Position numbers and translations under genes: made by a program. From NCBI GenBank assembly GCA_964016885.1, contig OZ024741.1, forward strand, positions 47,492,001-47,556,000: 64,000 nt of DNA, given 5' to 3'. The DNA comes from Eledone cirrhosa. Taxonomy: Eukaryota. This document shows positions 28,152 to 43,776 of this stretch, piece by piece (position 1 is the first letter of the stretch; each line of letters begins with the position of its first letter). The notes beneath the pieces are model-generated. The model had not been told where the DNA came from, did not search any database, and saw only the letters and a program-made list of their open reading frames with translations.

Positions 28152-28439
28152 TGTGGTTAGAAAAAGCTATCTCACTTACCGCTTTTCACAGGCGCCGCTA
28201 AATTCCACTGCAGGTACTCCTCTTCCACGTGCGTCCGACTGCTTAACACCGGGAGCTGCCCAAAAACGCGTCCTCACCGTATGCTGGTCACCACTAGAGA
28301 GAGGCCCTCTCCTGGCCCTTCCGGTCAAAGACCCCTTCCGGCCGAGCACTCAAAAACCCCTTCCGGCCGAGCACTCAAAAACCCCTTCCGGTCGAGCACC
28401 CCCCCTCCCCCGGCCACCGCACGCCACACCATACCCACA
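28152..28439 (-). repeat. 5' LTR (288 bp)
   Basis: TG..CA termini; four CCTTCCGGYC units. Confidence 0.92.
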
Positions 28440-28540
28440 TGCCCAAATCATGAATTGAAAGACTTCGCCAGGTGGTGCTATTAAGTTAGACATGGCCTGG
28501 GCCAATACTGGCCAAAACATTTCAAAGTTATTCAAAGTTA
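28440..28540 (+). mobile_element. 3' end of the interrupted CR1-group LINE
   Basis: Matches 51955-52055; (TTCAAAGTTA)2 tail then (TA)n. Confidence 0.9.
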
Positions 28541-28649
28541 CATACATATATATATATATATACATATATATATACATATATACATATATATATAGATACA
28601 TATATATACATACATATATATATATATAGATATATATATAGATATATAT

Positions 28650-28708
<59 letters not shown>

Positions 28709-28709
28709 C

Positions 28710-28754
<45 letters not shown>

Positions 28755-28821
28755 TATATACATATATATATATATATGCATATATACATATATATATACA
28801 TATATATACATACATATATAC

Positions 28822-28878
<57 letters not shown>

Positions 28879-28965
28879 TATATATACACATATATATATA
28901 TACATAGACATATATACATATATACAAAATCCTTTTCTCAAAGGCACATATATATATATACATAT

Positions 28966-30292
28966 ATATTTCTTTAAAAATATACCCATCTTTCTACCTT
29001 ATTTCAATGTTATTTATTATACATTATATAATACGAGTTACTCATTCTATATCACTCCTATTTATCACTTCCCTTTCTTTCTTTTTTCTTTTTTTCTTTT
29101 TCTTTTAATTTCTAACCCCTAATCTGTACCTTTTCTTCCTAGATACTTCTCAATTATCATTGTGCCTAACGTAGAAACAATTATTACTCAGCACAATATA
29201 TTCTTACTTTATATCACCTTGAAAAAATCCTTCGTAAACATAAACATTTCTTTGACGTTAGATTATTCATCTTCAATTCATTATTTTTTTCTCCCTTTCA
29301 TGCTCATCTAACTTATACATATTACACTTATTCATCCACTCTTCTACTTCTTTCACAATATATCCTTAATTACATTACTATTGCTATATTTTTATATTTT
29401 TTAATAATACATATCAACAATTTCTTTCCATCGCACATATTATTAAACCCTTAAATATTATTCTTAATACATATTAACAATTTCTTTTCATCGCACATAT
29501 TTTCATTCGCACATATATTCTTACTTTATATCACCTTGAAAAAATCCTTCGTAAACATAAACATTTTTTTGACGTTAGATTATTCATCTTCAATTCATTA
29601 TTTTTTTCTCCCTTTCATGCTCATCTAACTTATACATATTACACTTATTCATCCACTCTTCTACTTCTTTCACAATATATCCTTAATTACATTACTATTG
29701 CTATATTTTTATATTTTTTAATAATACATATCAACAATTTCTTTCCATCGCACATATTATTAAACCCTTAAATATTATTCTTAATACATATTAACAATTT
29801 CTTTTCATCGCACATATTATTAAACCCTTAAATATACAAACCTTAATTTAACATTATTCTAAATTTTTCTCTTCGTTAATTTTCAAATTCTTTTAATTTA
29901 TATATTATCTTCCAACGGTTTTTCAACCTCTCTATGTAAAACAATATATTTTTTTCAGTTATAAAAGCTCTCTCTCTCTCTCTCTCTCCTCCTATCTCAT
30001 CCTTCCTCATTATACCCCTCCCCCTCCACTTTTTACTCTCATCTCCTCCTCTTTTTCATCCCCCCCCAACTCAATTTTTTTTTTTTTTTTTTTTTCCCAA
30101 TATCACACATCAATCTAAAACTACTTTTCATATGTTGATTTAAACCTGCACTATTCACAAGTGTGTTTTAACCTTCATATCATGTCTCCCTATTTTATCT
30201 GACGAAAACGCAAATGTTATTGCAGGATGATATTCGTTTTTGAAATGCGCATGATAAAATACATGTAACTCTTTTATCCATCTTTTGATCTT
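28966..30292 (+). mobile_element. Non-coding PLE 3'UTR/pLTR remnant with 317-bp tandem duplication
   Basis: Pyrimidine-rich tract, repeat starting at about 29196 and 29513, terminal hammerhead fold, (TA)n on both sides. Confidence 0.55.
30191..30261 (+). ncRNA. Type I hammerhead fold with NUG cleavage triplet, probably inactive
   Basis: tattttat-CTGACGA-aaacg..cgttt-GAAA-tgcgca-TG-ataaaata. Confidence 0.65.
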
Positions 30293-31328
<1,036 letters not shown>

Positions 31329-31329
31329 T

Positions 31330-31928
31330 GTTGGTGCTACTGGTAACATGTATCCCAGTACAACCTGTCTCATGGTCGGGTCGTTGGCGACTAAACTGGC
31401 AACCCCACCAAGGTTTCTTGGTGAGGAGGGTGACTTTGGACATCCTGCAGGACTAAAAACAAAACCTGTCAAAGGGCAAAGGAGCTCTTAAGAGTCAGTG
31501 GCCATCCAAAATCACCGGGAGAGATGACCCCTTAGCCTTTGTCAAGGCAGAATTCTAGGAGAAGGAAAACTCTGATATAACACCTGCAACTCTGATGGTA
31601 TCCAATGATGTTGACTTGTTCTTCTTTTTGGTAAATATCATCTTGGTTAAGAGAGTGGGACTGGCTTTGTGCAGTGCCTTTGTTCACTATAAAAGCTTCA
31701 CGGCACAGGCATTGCTTTATATCTGGAGATCTCTCTGCATTTGTCATCACATGGTACCATGGGCCCAGCGCTGTGTGTCAATAATTGTCACAAGTGTAGT
31801 GTTTGTACCAGAGTTTTCAAGTCGCTGGCTGGACTAAAAAGTCACACTCGTTCAGCGCATCGGTAGGAGTTCTCCTACATAGATATAAAGTAGTGGCCAT
31901 ACTCGAAAACGAGTTGGCAGCCACCATA
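31330..31928 (+). mobile_element. Third copy of the bipartite RTE derivative
   Basis: Highly similar to the reverse complement of 15789-16385; (TA)n on both sides. Confidence 0.75.
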
Positions 31929-33134
<1,206 letters not shown>

Positions 33135-33135
33135 A

Positions 33136-35751
33136 GATTTTAACGGACACGTAGGTAAACACTGCGACGGCTTCAATAGAGTACATGGAGGCCATGGAGT
33201 TGGCACAAGGAATGAGGAAGGATTCAGACTTCTAGAATTCTGCGACGCCAATGACATGTCGATATGTAACACAAACTTTAAAAAACCCGACAACCACCTG
33301 ATCACCTATAGATCAGGGGAGCACTCTAGTCAGTTAGATTTTATCCTCATCAGAGGACGTGACAGATGGACGGTCGTAAACACAAAAGCCTTCCCTAGTG
33401 AGGAATGTACATCCCAACATAGCTTAGTTGTCAGCGACCTCACGGTCAGAACTAGACGAGCCCTGAAACAGAGGCCAACCTGGAGAAGAAAGATCTGGAA
33501 GCTGAAAGTCCCCTCAACCAGTAACAGATTTAAAGATATTTTACTCAACGCCTACGACAGTAAAGAAGAACAGATAGAGACATTTAACGTAGAAGAGAAC
33601 TGGGAGTTCCTAAAAAATAACTTACTAGAGGCGACGGATGAGGTTTGTGGCTGGAGTAAGACCTCAAGCAGGAGGAGAGTGACTTGGTGGTGGAACAATA
33701 AGGTAGATGAAGCAGTCAAGGCCAAGAGACAGGCATGGAAAGAATGGAAGAACGGGGGGAGCAGGGTACATTACATAGAGACCAAGAGGGAAGCTAGGCG
33801 ACAAGTATACTTAGCTAGGAGGGAAGCAGAGGATAGAAAATTCAAGCATGTTTTACAACGTGAGGACCAGAAACAGGAGGTATTCAAGATTGCGAGGCAG
33901 TGTGTCAGAGATAGTTGTGATGTCATTGGAGAGAAGTGTATCCGGAATGATAAAGGTGAGCTTGCCCTCACAAGTGCTGAGAAGAAAGATGCATGGAAGA
34001 GTCATTATGATAGATTACTAAATGAGGAGAATGCATGGGAAGAAGAGACCCTACCCCACGTAGACCCTATAGAGGGACCAGCAGTACAAGTCAGCGGCAG
34101 CGTAGTAAGTAAGGCAATCAGAGATATGAAGATAGGGAAGGCAACCGGTCCATCGGGTATAGCTGCCGAGATGCTGAAGGCATCTGGGTCTGTAGGTCAC
34201 ACTATAACCACACGTATCGTTAACCAGGTAATACTAGAGGGGGCCATACCAAAAGATTGGTGCAGTAGCATCATTGTCAACTGCTACAAAGGTAAAGGCG
34301 ATGCACTAGATAGAGGAAACTATAGAGGTATAAAGTTGATGGACCAGGTCATGAAAGTAACAGAAAGAGTTATAGCACAGCTGATTAGGGACCGGGTGAA
34401 AATAGACGAGATGCAATTTGGGTTTGTACCAGGGAAAGGCACCACTGATGCCCTCTTCCTTGTGAGGCAATTACAGGAAAAGTACCTAGCTAAAAGTAAG
34501 CCACTCTACTTGGCATTTGTCGACCTTGAGAAAGCCTTTGACAGAGTTCCACGTGCAGTAATCTGGTGGGCTCTTAGAAAACTAGGAGTAGATGAATGGC
34601 TTGTGAAAGCGGTACAAGCCATGTATAGGGGAGCAGTCAGCAAAGTTAGGATTGGCAATGAGTATAGCGAGGAATTTAGCGTACAGGTTGGGGTCCACCA
34701 GGGCTCTGTTCTTAGCCCTCTCCTGTTCATCATAGTCCTGCAGGCAATAACGGAGGAGTTTAAGACCGGATGCCCATGGGAACTCCTGTATGCTGATGAC
34801 CTCGCACTCATAGCTGAATCTATGGTAGAACTAGAGAATAAATTCCAAACCTGGAAGCAGGGACTAGAGAGAAAGGGCCTCAAAGTCAACATGACAAAGA
34901 CTAAGGTCCTTGTAAGTAGACGAGAAAACAGAACCCAGATCCCCTCAGGGAAATGGCCTTGCTCAGTATGTAGGAAAGGTGTAGGTAGGAACTCCATTCT
35001 CTGCCCCAAATGCAAACAATGGGTACACAAGAGATGTAGCGGGATCTCAGGAAGCTTAATTAAGAATGTAGGATTCACATGCAGCAGCTGTGCTGAAACA
35101 GCAAGCAAACAGCCACAGGAAACAAGTACCACCAATCTCTGGGAGGGCCCTGTAGAAACAGTAGACAGCTTCTGCTACCTAGGTGACCGAATTAGCAACG
35201 GAGGTGGGTGCTCAGAAAGTACAATAACTAGGGTAAGAACGGGATGGAAGAAGTTTAGGGAACTACTACCACTGCTAGCTGCAAAAGGCTTCTCCCTCAG
35301 AATGAAAGGCAGACTGTATGATGCGTGTATCCGAACAGCCATGTTGCATGGTAGTGAGACCTGGGCGCTGAAGGTGGAAGACTTACGTAGATTAGAGAGA
35401 AACGAAGCCTGCATGCTCCGATGGATGTGTAACAGTAATATACGTGAACGACAAAGCATAAAGGAATTGAGAGAGAGACTGAGCATAAGAGGAATCAAAT
35501 GCTGCGTGCAGGAGAGGCGGTTACGCTGGTATGGACATGTGATGCGTATGAAGGATGACAGCTGCATAAAAAGGTGCAGAGCACTAGAAGTTGATGGAAA
35601 CCGCGGAGTGGGGAGAGCCAAGATGACTTGGGATGAGGTGATAAAAGCCGACCTTACCCAACTACACCTCTCAAAGTCAATGACACACGACCGTGACTTC
35701 TGGCGTCACGCAGTAATACAGGGTACCCGACCTCCCATGGGTACATGCTGA
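33136..35751 (+). CDS. RTE LINE ORF (partial APE, RT, PHD-like finger); uninterrupted but 5'-truncated
   Basis: Frame open from DFNGHVG at 33136; [47 protein letters not shown]. Confidence 0.92.
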   Translation, partial: DFNGHVGKHCDGFNRVHGGHGVGTRNEEGFRLLEFCDANDMSICNTNFKKPDNHLITYRSGEHSSQLDFILIRGRDRWTVVNTKAFPSEECTSQHSLVVSDLTVRTRRALKQRPTWRRKIWKLKVPSTSNRFKDILLNAYDSKEEQIETFNVEENWEFLKNNLLEATDEVCGWSKTSSRRRVTWWWNNKVDEAVKAKRQAWKEWKNGGSRVHYIETKREARRQVYLARREAEDRKFKHVLQREDQKQEVFKIARQCVRDSCDVIGEKCIRNDKGELALTSAEKKDAWKSHYDRLLNEENAWEEETLPHVDPIEGPAVQVSGSVVSKAIRDMKIGKATGPSGIAAEMLKASGSVGHTITTRIVNQVILEGAIPKDWCSSIIVNCYKGKGDALDRGNYRGIKLMDQVMKVTERVIAQLIRDRVKIDEMQFGFVPGKGTTDALFLVRQLQEKYLAKSKPLYLAFVDLEKAFDRVPRAVIWWALRKLGVDEWLVKAVQAMYRGAVSKVRIGNEYSEEFSVQVGVHQGSVLSPLLFIIVLQAITEEFKTGCPWELLYADDLALIAESMVELENKFQTWKQGLERKGLKVNMTKTKVLVSRRENRTQIPSGKWPCSVCRKGVGRNSILCPKCKQWVHKRCSGISGSLIKNVGFTCSSCAETASKQPQETSTTNLWEGPVETVDSFCYLGDRISNGGGCSESTITRVRTGWKKFRELLPLLAAKGFSLRMKGRLYDACIRTAMLHGSETWALKVEDLRRLERNEACMLRWMCNSNIRERQSIKELRERLSIRGIKCCVQERRLRWYGHVMRMKDDSCIKRCRALEVDGNRGVGRAKMTWDEVIKADLTQLHLSKSMTHDRDFWRHAVIQGTRPPMGTC

Positions 35752-36050
35752 AGCATATAAACAATATGCCCCCCCCCCCACCGCAAGGTGGCCGTGGAGG
35801 TGCCACGGCAAAAAAGCACCCAGCCCACACTGTAAAGTGGACGTGTAGGCGCCACGAAAAAGCACCCAGCACTCACTGTAAATGAGGTTGGTGTTAGGAA
35901 GGGCATCCAGCTGTAGAAATCAAGCCAGATCAGTTCCTGTATGAGCAAGGCATGGTCAGCCGACCAGACACTGCCCACAACAGGACAACCCGTCTAACCC
36001 ATGCTAGCGTGGAAGAACGGACGTAAAACGGTGATGATGATGATGATGAT
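35752..36050 (+). mobile_element. RTE 3'UTR with minisatellite units and (GAT)n tail
   Basis: AAAAAGCACCCAG units, AGGAAGGGCATCCAG, AACCCATGCTAGC..GGACGTAAAACGGTGATGATG. Confidence 0.85.
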
Positions 36051-36852
36051 ATATATGTATATATATGTATATATATATATGTATATATATGTATATATAT
36101 ATATGTATATATATGTATATATATATATATGTATATATATGTATATATATATATGTATATATATGTATATATATATCGTATATACTCGATCATTCTAATA
36201 TTTTTAGCTCTGGACATAGCTATCCACCAGTTAATTTTATTGCTCATTTTTTGTCGATTCTATTGAGTGATGAATAGCTCCTGTTTTATTTTAACATGTC
36301 TATTGAGCACTTTTATTCGATATGTGTATTTCCACATTTCCTCGAATAGTTTTCGCGGATGTAGAGGTTATCTCCCTTGCCGGATTCCATGTGCGTATTT
36401 TGCTTGTAGTTAGCCTCTTATCCGCTAGGACGAAGCTCGTTGAAGAAGTAAACTTCCAGTCCGCTTACTCTAGAAGTCTTATATATTTATATGTGAGCTG
36501 ATAGAGTACAGTCTAAGGATTTACAGAAACCCAAGAAGCTAGATTTAACACCTTTCTAGTGGGTCCGGGTATGATTTTACATTCATTTAAATTATTGATG
36601 TATTGATTTATTGATATTTTTTATCTGATTGTCCCGAATCTTCTATTATCGATTTTTTATCGTATGGTTGATTTTAGACTTGTTCTATGTGTGACGGTAT
36701 TTTAACGATAGTTATAGCTCTGATTCATCTGAATTATTGAGCCCTCTGCCGCTCATTTTGAATTTTGTTTATCGTGAACTCGTGCGCCGATTTTTCGATA
36801 CTCGATCATTCTAATATATATATATATATAAATATGTATATATATATATATA

Positions 36853-39376
36853 TCATCATCATCATCATCATCATCAACGTTTAACGTCCGTGTTCCATGC
36901 TTGCATGGGTTTGGACGGGGGTAGTCCCACTTGAGGCAAGAGTGATTTTCTTGCTCGCATAGGACTGTCTGGCAGGTTTTCTACAGTTGGATGCCCTTCC
37001 TAACACCAACCACATTTACAGTGTGGGTCTGGGAGGTTTTTACCGTGTTGCCTACACGGCCACATTACAGCGTGTACTGTGTGTTTTTTTGTCGCGACAC
37101 CTACACGATCTCATTTGTTTCGGCCTGGATGGCGCGGCACCAACATAACTTTACATAGAACGGGGTGGTGTGGATGGGGTGGTGGTGGTGGTGGGACGGG
37201 GTGTATTTTGTTAGAGATGCCTACTGGCAAGGCGGGTCTTCTCTATTACTGAGTACCGCCAAAGGTCTCGGTCCAGTGACATTGTATTGGTGAGGTGTAA
37301 GTGTGTGAGGTCGGAGTTTATCAGCTCGTCCCAGGTTTTTCTGGGTCTGCCTATTCCGTGGCTACCGTCTATCTTTATTGCCCTGCACTTTGTTATACAG
37401 CTATCATCCTTCATGCGCATCACGTGACCATACCAACGTAGCCTTCTCTCTAGTAAACAACATCTGATCCCTCTTATTTCTAATTTTTTCCTTAGTTCGT
37501 TTATGCTTTGTCATTCACGTATATTACTATTACACATCCAGCGGAGCATGCAAGCTTCGTTTCTCTCTAGTCTGCGTATATCCTCTGCACACAATGCCCA
37601 GGTCTCACTGCCATGCAACATTGCTGTTCGTATGCAGGCATCGTACAGCCTGCCTTTCATTTTTAGGGAGAACCCTTTAGCGGCTAATAGTGGTATAAGC
37701 TCTCTGAACTTTTTCCACCCAGTTCTGACTCTAGCTACTGTACTTTCAGAGCACCCTCCCCCACTGCTGATTTTGCCACCCAGGTAACGGAAGCTGTCCA
37801 CTATTTCTATAGAACCCTCTTCGCGGTTGAAAGAGCTAGTATTTTGTGGGCACTTGCTGCTACTTATATTCCCAGAACACCGGCCACATGTAAAATCTAT
37901 GTTCTTAGTTAGCTTACCTGTGATCCCACTACATCTTTTATGCACCCAAACTTTGCATTTGGGACACAAAATGGAATTTCTACCTATGCCTTTCCTACAC
38001 TCTGCGCATGGCCACTTCCCCGAGGGAACCGCCGCCTTATTTTCTTTCCTACAAACTAGAACTTTAGTCTTAGCTAGGTTAATTTTAAGGCCTTTTGATT
38101 CTAGGCCGTGCTTCCATGTTTGGAATTTCTTCTCTAGCTCGGCCATTGATTCAGCTATGAGCGTTAGATCATCTGCGTATAGGAGTTCCCATGGGCAGCC
38201 GGTCTTGAACTCCACTGTTATAGCCTGGAGGGCAATAATAAATAGTAGGGGGCTAAGAACAGAGCCCTGATGAACACCAACTTTTACACTAAACTCTTCA
38301 CTATATTCGTTGTTAATTCTAACCTTGCTAACTGTTTCTTTATACATGGCTTGTATAGCTCTCACAAGCCATTCATCAACACCTAGTTTTCTAAGAGCCC
38401 ACCAGATAATGGAACGGGGGACTCTGTCGAAGGCCTTCTCCAAGTCGACGAAAGCTAAGTATAGGGGTTTACTTTTAGCTAGGTACTTCTCCTGTAGTTG
38501 TCGTACAATGAAAAGAGCGTCTGTGGTACTTTTTCCTGACACAAACCCGAACTGCATTTCATCTAGATCAATTCGCTCTCTGATTAGTTGCGCTATAACT
38601 TTTTCCGTGACCTTCATGACCTGGTCGATTAATTTAATGCCTCTATAGTTACTCCTATCTAGGGCATCTCCTTTACCCTTATAACAGTTAACGATAATGC
38701 TGCTGCGCCAGTCCTTCGGAACAACCCCATTCTGTATGACTTGGTTGACTATCCGGGTGACCATGGTGTGTCCCACCGTACCAGATACCTTCAGCATCTC
38801 GGCAACTATTTCCGAAGACCCAGCCGCCTTGCCTATCTTCATATCTTTGATTGCCTTACTTATTATACTACCCTCGACTAACACTGCTGGTCCTTCTATT
38901 GGGTCAATGTGGGGGAGACTGTCTTTCTCCCATTTATTCTCCTCATTTAGTAGCCTTTCATAGTGGCACTTCCAAGCTACCTTCTTATCGGCGTCGGTGA
39001 TGGCAAGTATGCCGTCATCGTTAAGTACACACTTCTCCCCGACAATATCACTGTTTTCCTTGACACATTGCCTAGCAATCCTGAACACCTCACGTTTTTG
39101 GTCATCGCGTTGTAGAACATGCTTGAACTTTCTTTCCTCTGCTTCCCTTCTTGCGAAGTACACTTGTCTCCTAGCTTCCCTCCTGGCCACTTGATAGTCT
39201 TCTCTGCTTCCCCCATCCCGCCATACTTTCCAAGCCTGCTTTTTGGCCTTAATTGACCCCTCCACCTTACTGTTCCACCACCATGTTACTCTCCTCCTGC
39301 CTACAGGCCTGCTCCAGCCACAGACTTCGTCTGCCACCGTCAGCAGGTTTGCTTTCAGGAATTCCCACTGTTCCTC
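36853..39376 (-). mobile_element. RTE LINE (sister subfamily), 5'-truncated, with an in-frame stop
   Basis: ORFs 37511-39337 and 37211-37423; same motifs and 3'UTR type as the 33-36 kb copy. Confidence 0.92.
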
Positions 39377-39423
39377 TACCTGTCGAAAGCATCAAGTAAT
39401 ATGCTTTGGAATTTATTTTTGGC

Positions 39424-40705
<1,282 letters not shown>

Positions 40706-40867
40706 GGTAAATATACACGGGTGTGTATGATTGTGTATAGAAGATTATATTAATAAGAGGAATTCCAACTTTGTCTGATTTACTCGTTTTATTTACAATC
40801 CTTTAAAATATATATAATGGTATTATAATGAAATAGTATGATAGAATATTAAATTCTAAGTGTTAAT

Positions 40868-40906
40868 TGAACAAGTACTTTCATGCTTTCGCAATCTTCA
40901 GGTTCA
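40868..40906 (-). ncRNA. Minimal type I hammerhead ribozyme
   Basis: tgaac-CTGAAGA-t tgc gaaa gca t-GAAA-gtac-TT-gttca; sense to and downstream of the PLE ORF. Confidence 0.85.
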
Positions 40907-41281
40907 TGATATGTGGTGACAGTCGAGTTTGCAATTTTCAACTGTAATGAGATGGGTAAATTTCCTACCTTTTATACATTTTATACAGAGAAAAGTGGCT
41001 CCAGAATGCAAAGCCCTGTAAACTGTATTTCGACCAATCAGTGTGTAGTTTCACTGAATTACTACAGCTGATTGGTTTAAGCGTCACGGCTGGTTGAACA
41101 TGCTAACGACCAATAGTCATATCCAACGTATCAATTGTTTTGCTTTTTTGAAATGATGAAAATAGCATTTTCTATTAATCATCACCATCAACATCACTTT
41201 TATTATTATTATTATTGTTGTTGTTGTTGTTGTTAGTGGTCGTGGTCATAGTGGTAGTAGAAGTAATACCCCTAGGCGTTA

Positions 41282-43290
41282 TTATTGTTCATTTAGCTTG
41301 GGTTTGAATTTATCAATAAAATTCTTTTCTTTGATTTTTCTCTTGATTTCATTTGGGCTGTGTAATTTGTAGAATGGGAATATTATAAATATTCCCTGAC
41401 CACATGTTGCCAGGTGGCCGCTTAGGGGTATCTGACGGACATTTGGGTCTCTGATTTGTTGACGGTGTACCCGTGCACGTTCCGATAGTGCATTTCCAGT
41501 TTGACCGACATATAGTTCTTCACAATTCGGGCATTTAATGCAGTAAATTAGATTTCTGCTTTTGCAGTTCATATTTGCATTTGTGAATATTTTTCCAGTT
41601 TTTGTTTTCATATATTGACCGGCGTGTATGGATTGACATGTGCCGCATCGATTATCATTGCATTTAGATACAGTGAATGATTGGTCTTTGTTGTTAAGGT
41701 CAAACTTTGCTTTTGTTAGCAATTGCTTCAAATTTTTTGGCTGTCTTTTACTAAGAGTCAAAGATCGATCTGTGATTAAGCCTTTTAATTCATTACTTTG
41801 AGCAATGATCGGTAGGTTTGCTTTGGCAGTGTTGAAGATATTCTGGTGACATGGGTTGTGTGTCATTATAAATGGTTTGACCAGTTCTTGGTTTCTTCTT
41901 CTTTGGGTTGTTCTAAGTTGTTGTATAGGTATTTTTATAGCCCGCTGTATGCCATTTTCTATAAGTAGAGATGGGTATTTTTGTTTGAGCAAAAATTCTC
42001 TTAGTTCTGTTAGGCGTTTGTACCTGGTATTCGTATCTTCTACAATGGTACAAATTCTTCTGGCTAGGCAGTATGGGATGTTGCGTTTTGTATGAGGTGG
42101 ATGGCACGACTTAAAATTCAGATATTGATGGGTGTCTGTGTGTTTATAATATATATCCGTGGTAATGGTGGTGTCGTTTTTGATTATCATTATATCTAGG
42201 AATGGTAATTTGGTCCTACTCATCTCTTTTGTGAATTGGAGAGATGGGTGTAGGTTATTCAGGAGGATATTGAACTCATCCAGAGTATCTAGAGATTCTG
42301 TCCAGATGATGAAACAGTCGTCAAGGTATCTCTTCCAAGATTTTTCAATGTACTTTCTAAAGTCAGTACTATATTTTTCCTCTATTTCTTGGTAGAGTTG
42401 TTGTTCTAAGTATCCCATTACAGAGTTCGCGTAAACGGGAGCAAACTTCGTTCCCATCGCTGTGCCTCTAATTTGGATGTAATTCTTTCCATTGAAGAAG
42501 AAAGTGTTGTTTTCCAGAATAAGTTTAACTGCGTCTAATATAAATGGCGCTGTGAATCTAATGGGAATCACTTCTCTATGTTTTTCCACCCAGTATTTAA
42601 CCGCCTTTATTCCTAAATCATGTGTAATGTTGGTGTAAAGGCTTACCACATCAAAACTGAGTAGAAGTGAATTCGTTTCCGTGGTTTTGGGAAGATGGGA
42701 CAGGAAGTCGATATCATCCCGGATGAAACTGGGTATGTGAATACATAGTGGTTTCAAAATAATGTCAACAAAATTGCTTAGACGGTGAGTGGGGCATGTT
42801 GGACCAGCTATAATAGGTCTAAGTTTTAAGTCTTTTGGGTGTAATAATTTAATGTACTCACTGTTTTGTTCTCTTACTGCCAGTTGTATTTCTTTTGACT
42901 TGTGAACTTTCGGTAGGCCATACAGGTTGCTGGGTTTCGGCTCAAAATTGGTGATGTAGTCTCTTTCCTTATCAGTAAATGAGTTGTGGTATTTTGAAGC
43001 CAGGTTGTTGATCTTCTTCATGATGTTGTGGTCTATATTTGACGGTATTTCATGATAGAATGTTGTGTCTTTCAGTTGTTCCTCAACCAAATCCTTGTAG
43101 TATTCAGTATCCATTATAACAACTGCACCCCCTTTATCTGCTTGTTTAATTATTATTGTTTTATCATTTTGTATACGTTTAAGTGCAGACATTTCTGATT
43201 TGTTAATGTTTGGCCTAACATTAGTATTATGTCTAAGAGGAAATTTAGACAGGATGTCAATGTATTGGTCGAGATAGATATTTCTTCCTT

Positions 43291-43291
<1 letters not shown>
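41282..43291 (-). CDS. PLE RT + Cys linker + GIY-YIG endonuclease; frame open to the truncation point
   Basis: ADKG, FDVVSLYTNI, GTAMG, RYLDD, LPFLD, KCNDNRCGTC, NLIYCIKCPNC..YVGQTG..R..H. Confidence 0.92.
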
Positions 43292-43343
<52 letters not shown>

Positions 43344-43345
<2 letters not shown>

Positions 43346-43776
43346 TGGAATAAATGCTCTGAAATAGCGATATATATGTGAATATAGACATAGAATATTC
43401 GAAAATATTCTGTATGTTTATTATAAACATACAGAATATTTTCGAATATTCTATGTCTATATTCACATATATATCGCTATTTCAGAGCATTTATTCCAAT
43501 TTCTAATTTCTGCCGGACCGGCAACCGCTCTTTCAAACCAGTTCCTGTACACAGCTAAGTATTCTATAAGTCTCTAGCTGTGTCATTCTCGATAAAAGCA
43601 CTGGATATGTAGTCCTGATGATTTCTAACAAGAATGAAACGCGTAGATTACTTCCCTTGCTTTTATCGAGAATCTAATTGTAATACGTGACGTATTCTAT
43701 TCTATAGCGATTAGGTCTTCAAAATGTTTATTATAAACATACAGAATATTTTCGAATATTCTATGTCTATATTCAC

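Larger units (their letters stand above)
24288..28439 (-). mobile_element. Compact Gypsy-like LTR retrotransposon (gag, PR-RT-RH-IN), 4152 bp
   Basis: Two LTRs TGTGG..CCACA, PPT AGGGGGCG adjoining the 3' LTR, TGCCCAA duplicated on both sides, domain order PR-RT-RH-IN. Confidence 0.93.
40706..43291 (-). mobile_element. Penelope-like element, Neptune-like, 5'-truncated
   Basis: RT plus C-terminal GIY-YIG ORF, 3' pLTR with hammerhead and CCAAT boxes, (TA)n on both sides. Confidence 0.9.

Noticed and set aside
31350-31400. HDV-like ribozyme at the 5' end of the RTE derivative
   Set aside because: P2 (ccagt/actgg), a P4 hairpin and CTAA are suggestive, but P3 and P1 could not be paired.
37511-37513. 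In-frame TGA in RTE as selenocysteine recoding
   Set aside because: It aligns to an Arg codon (CGA or CGG) in sibling copies, consistent with ordinary CpG decay.
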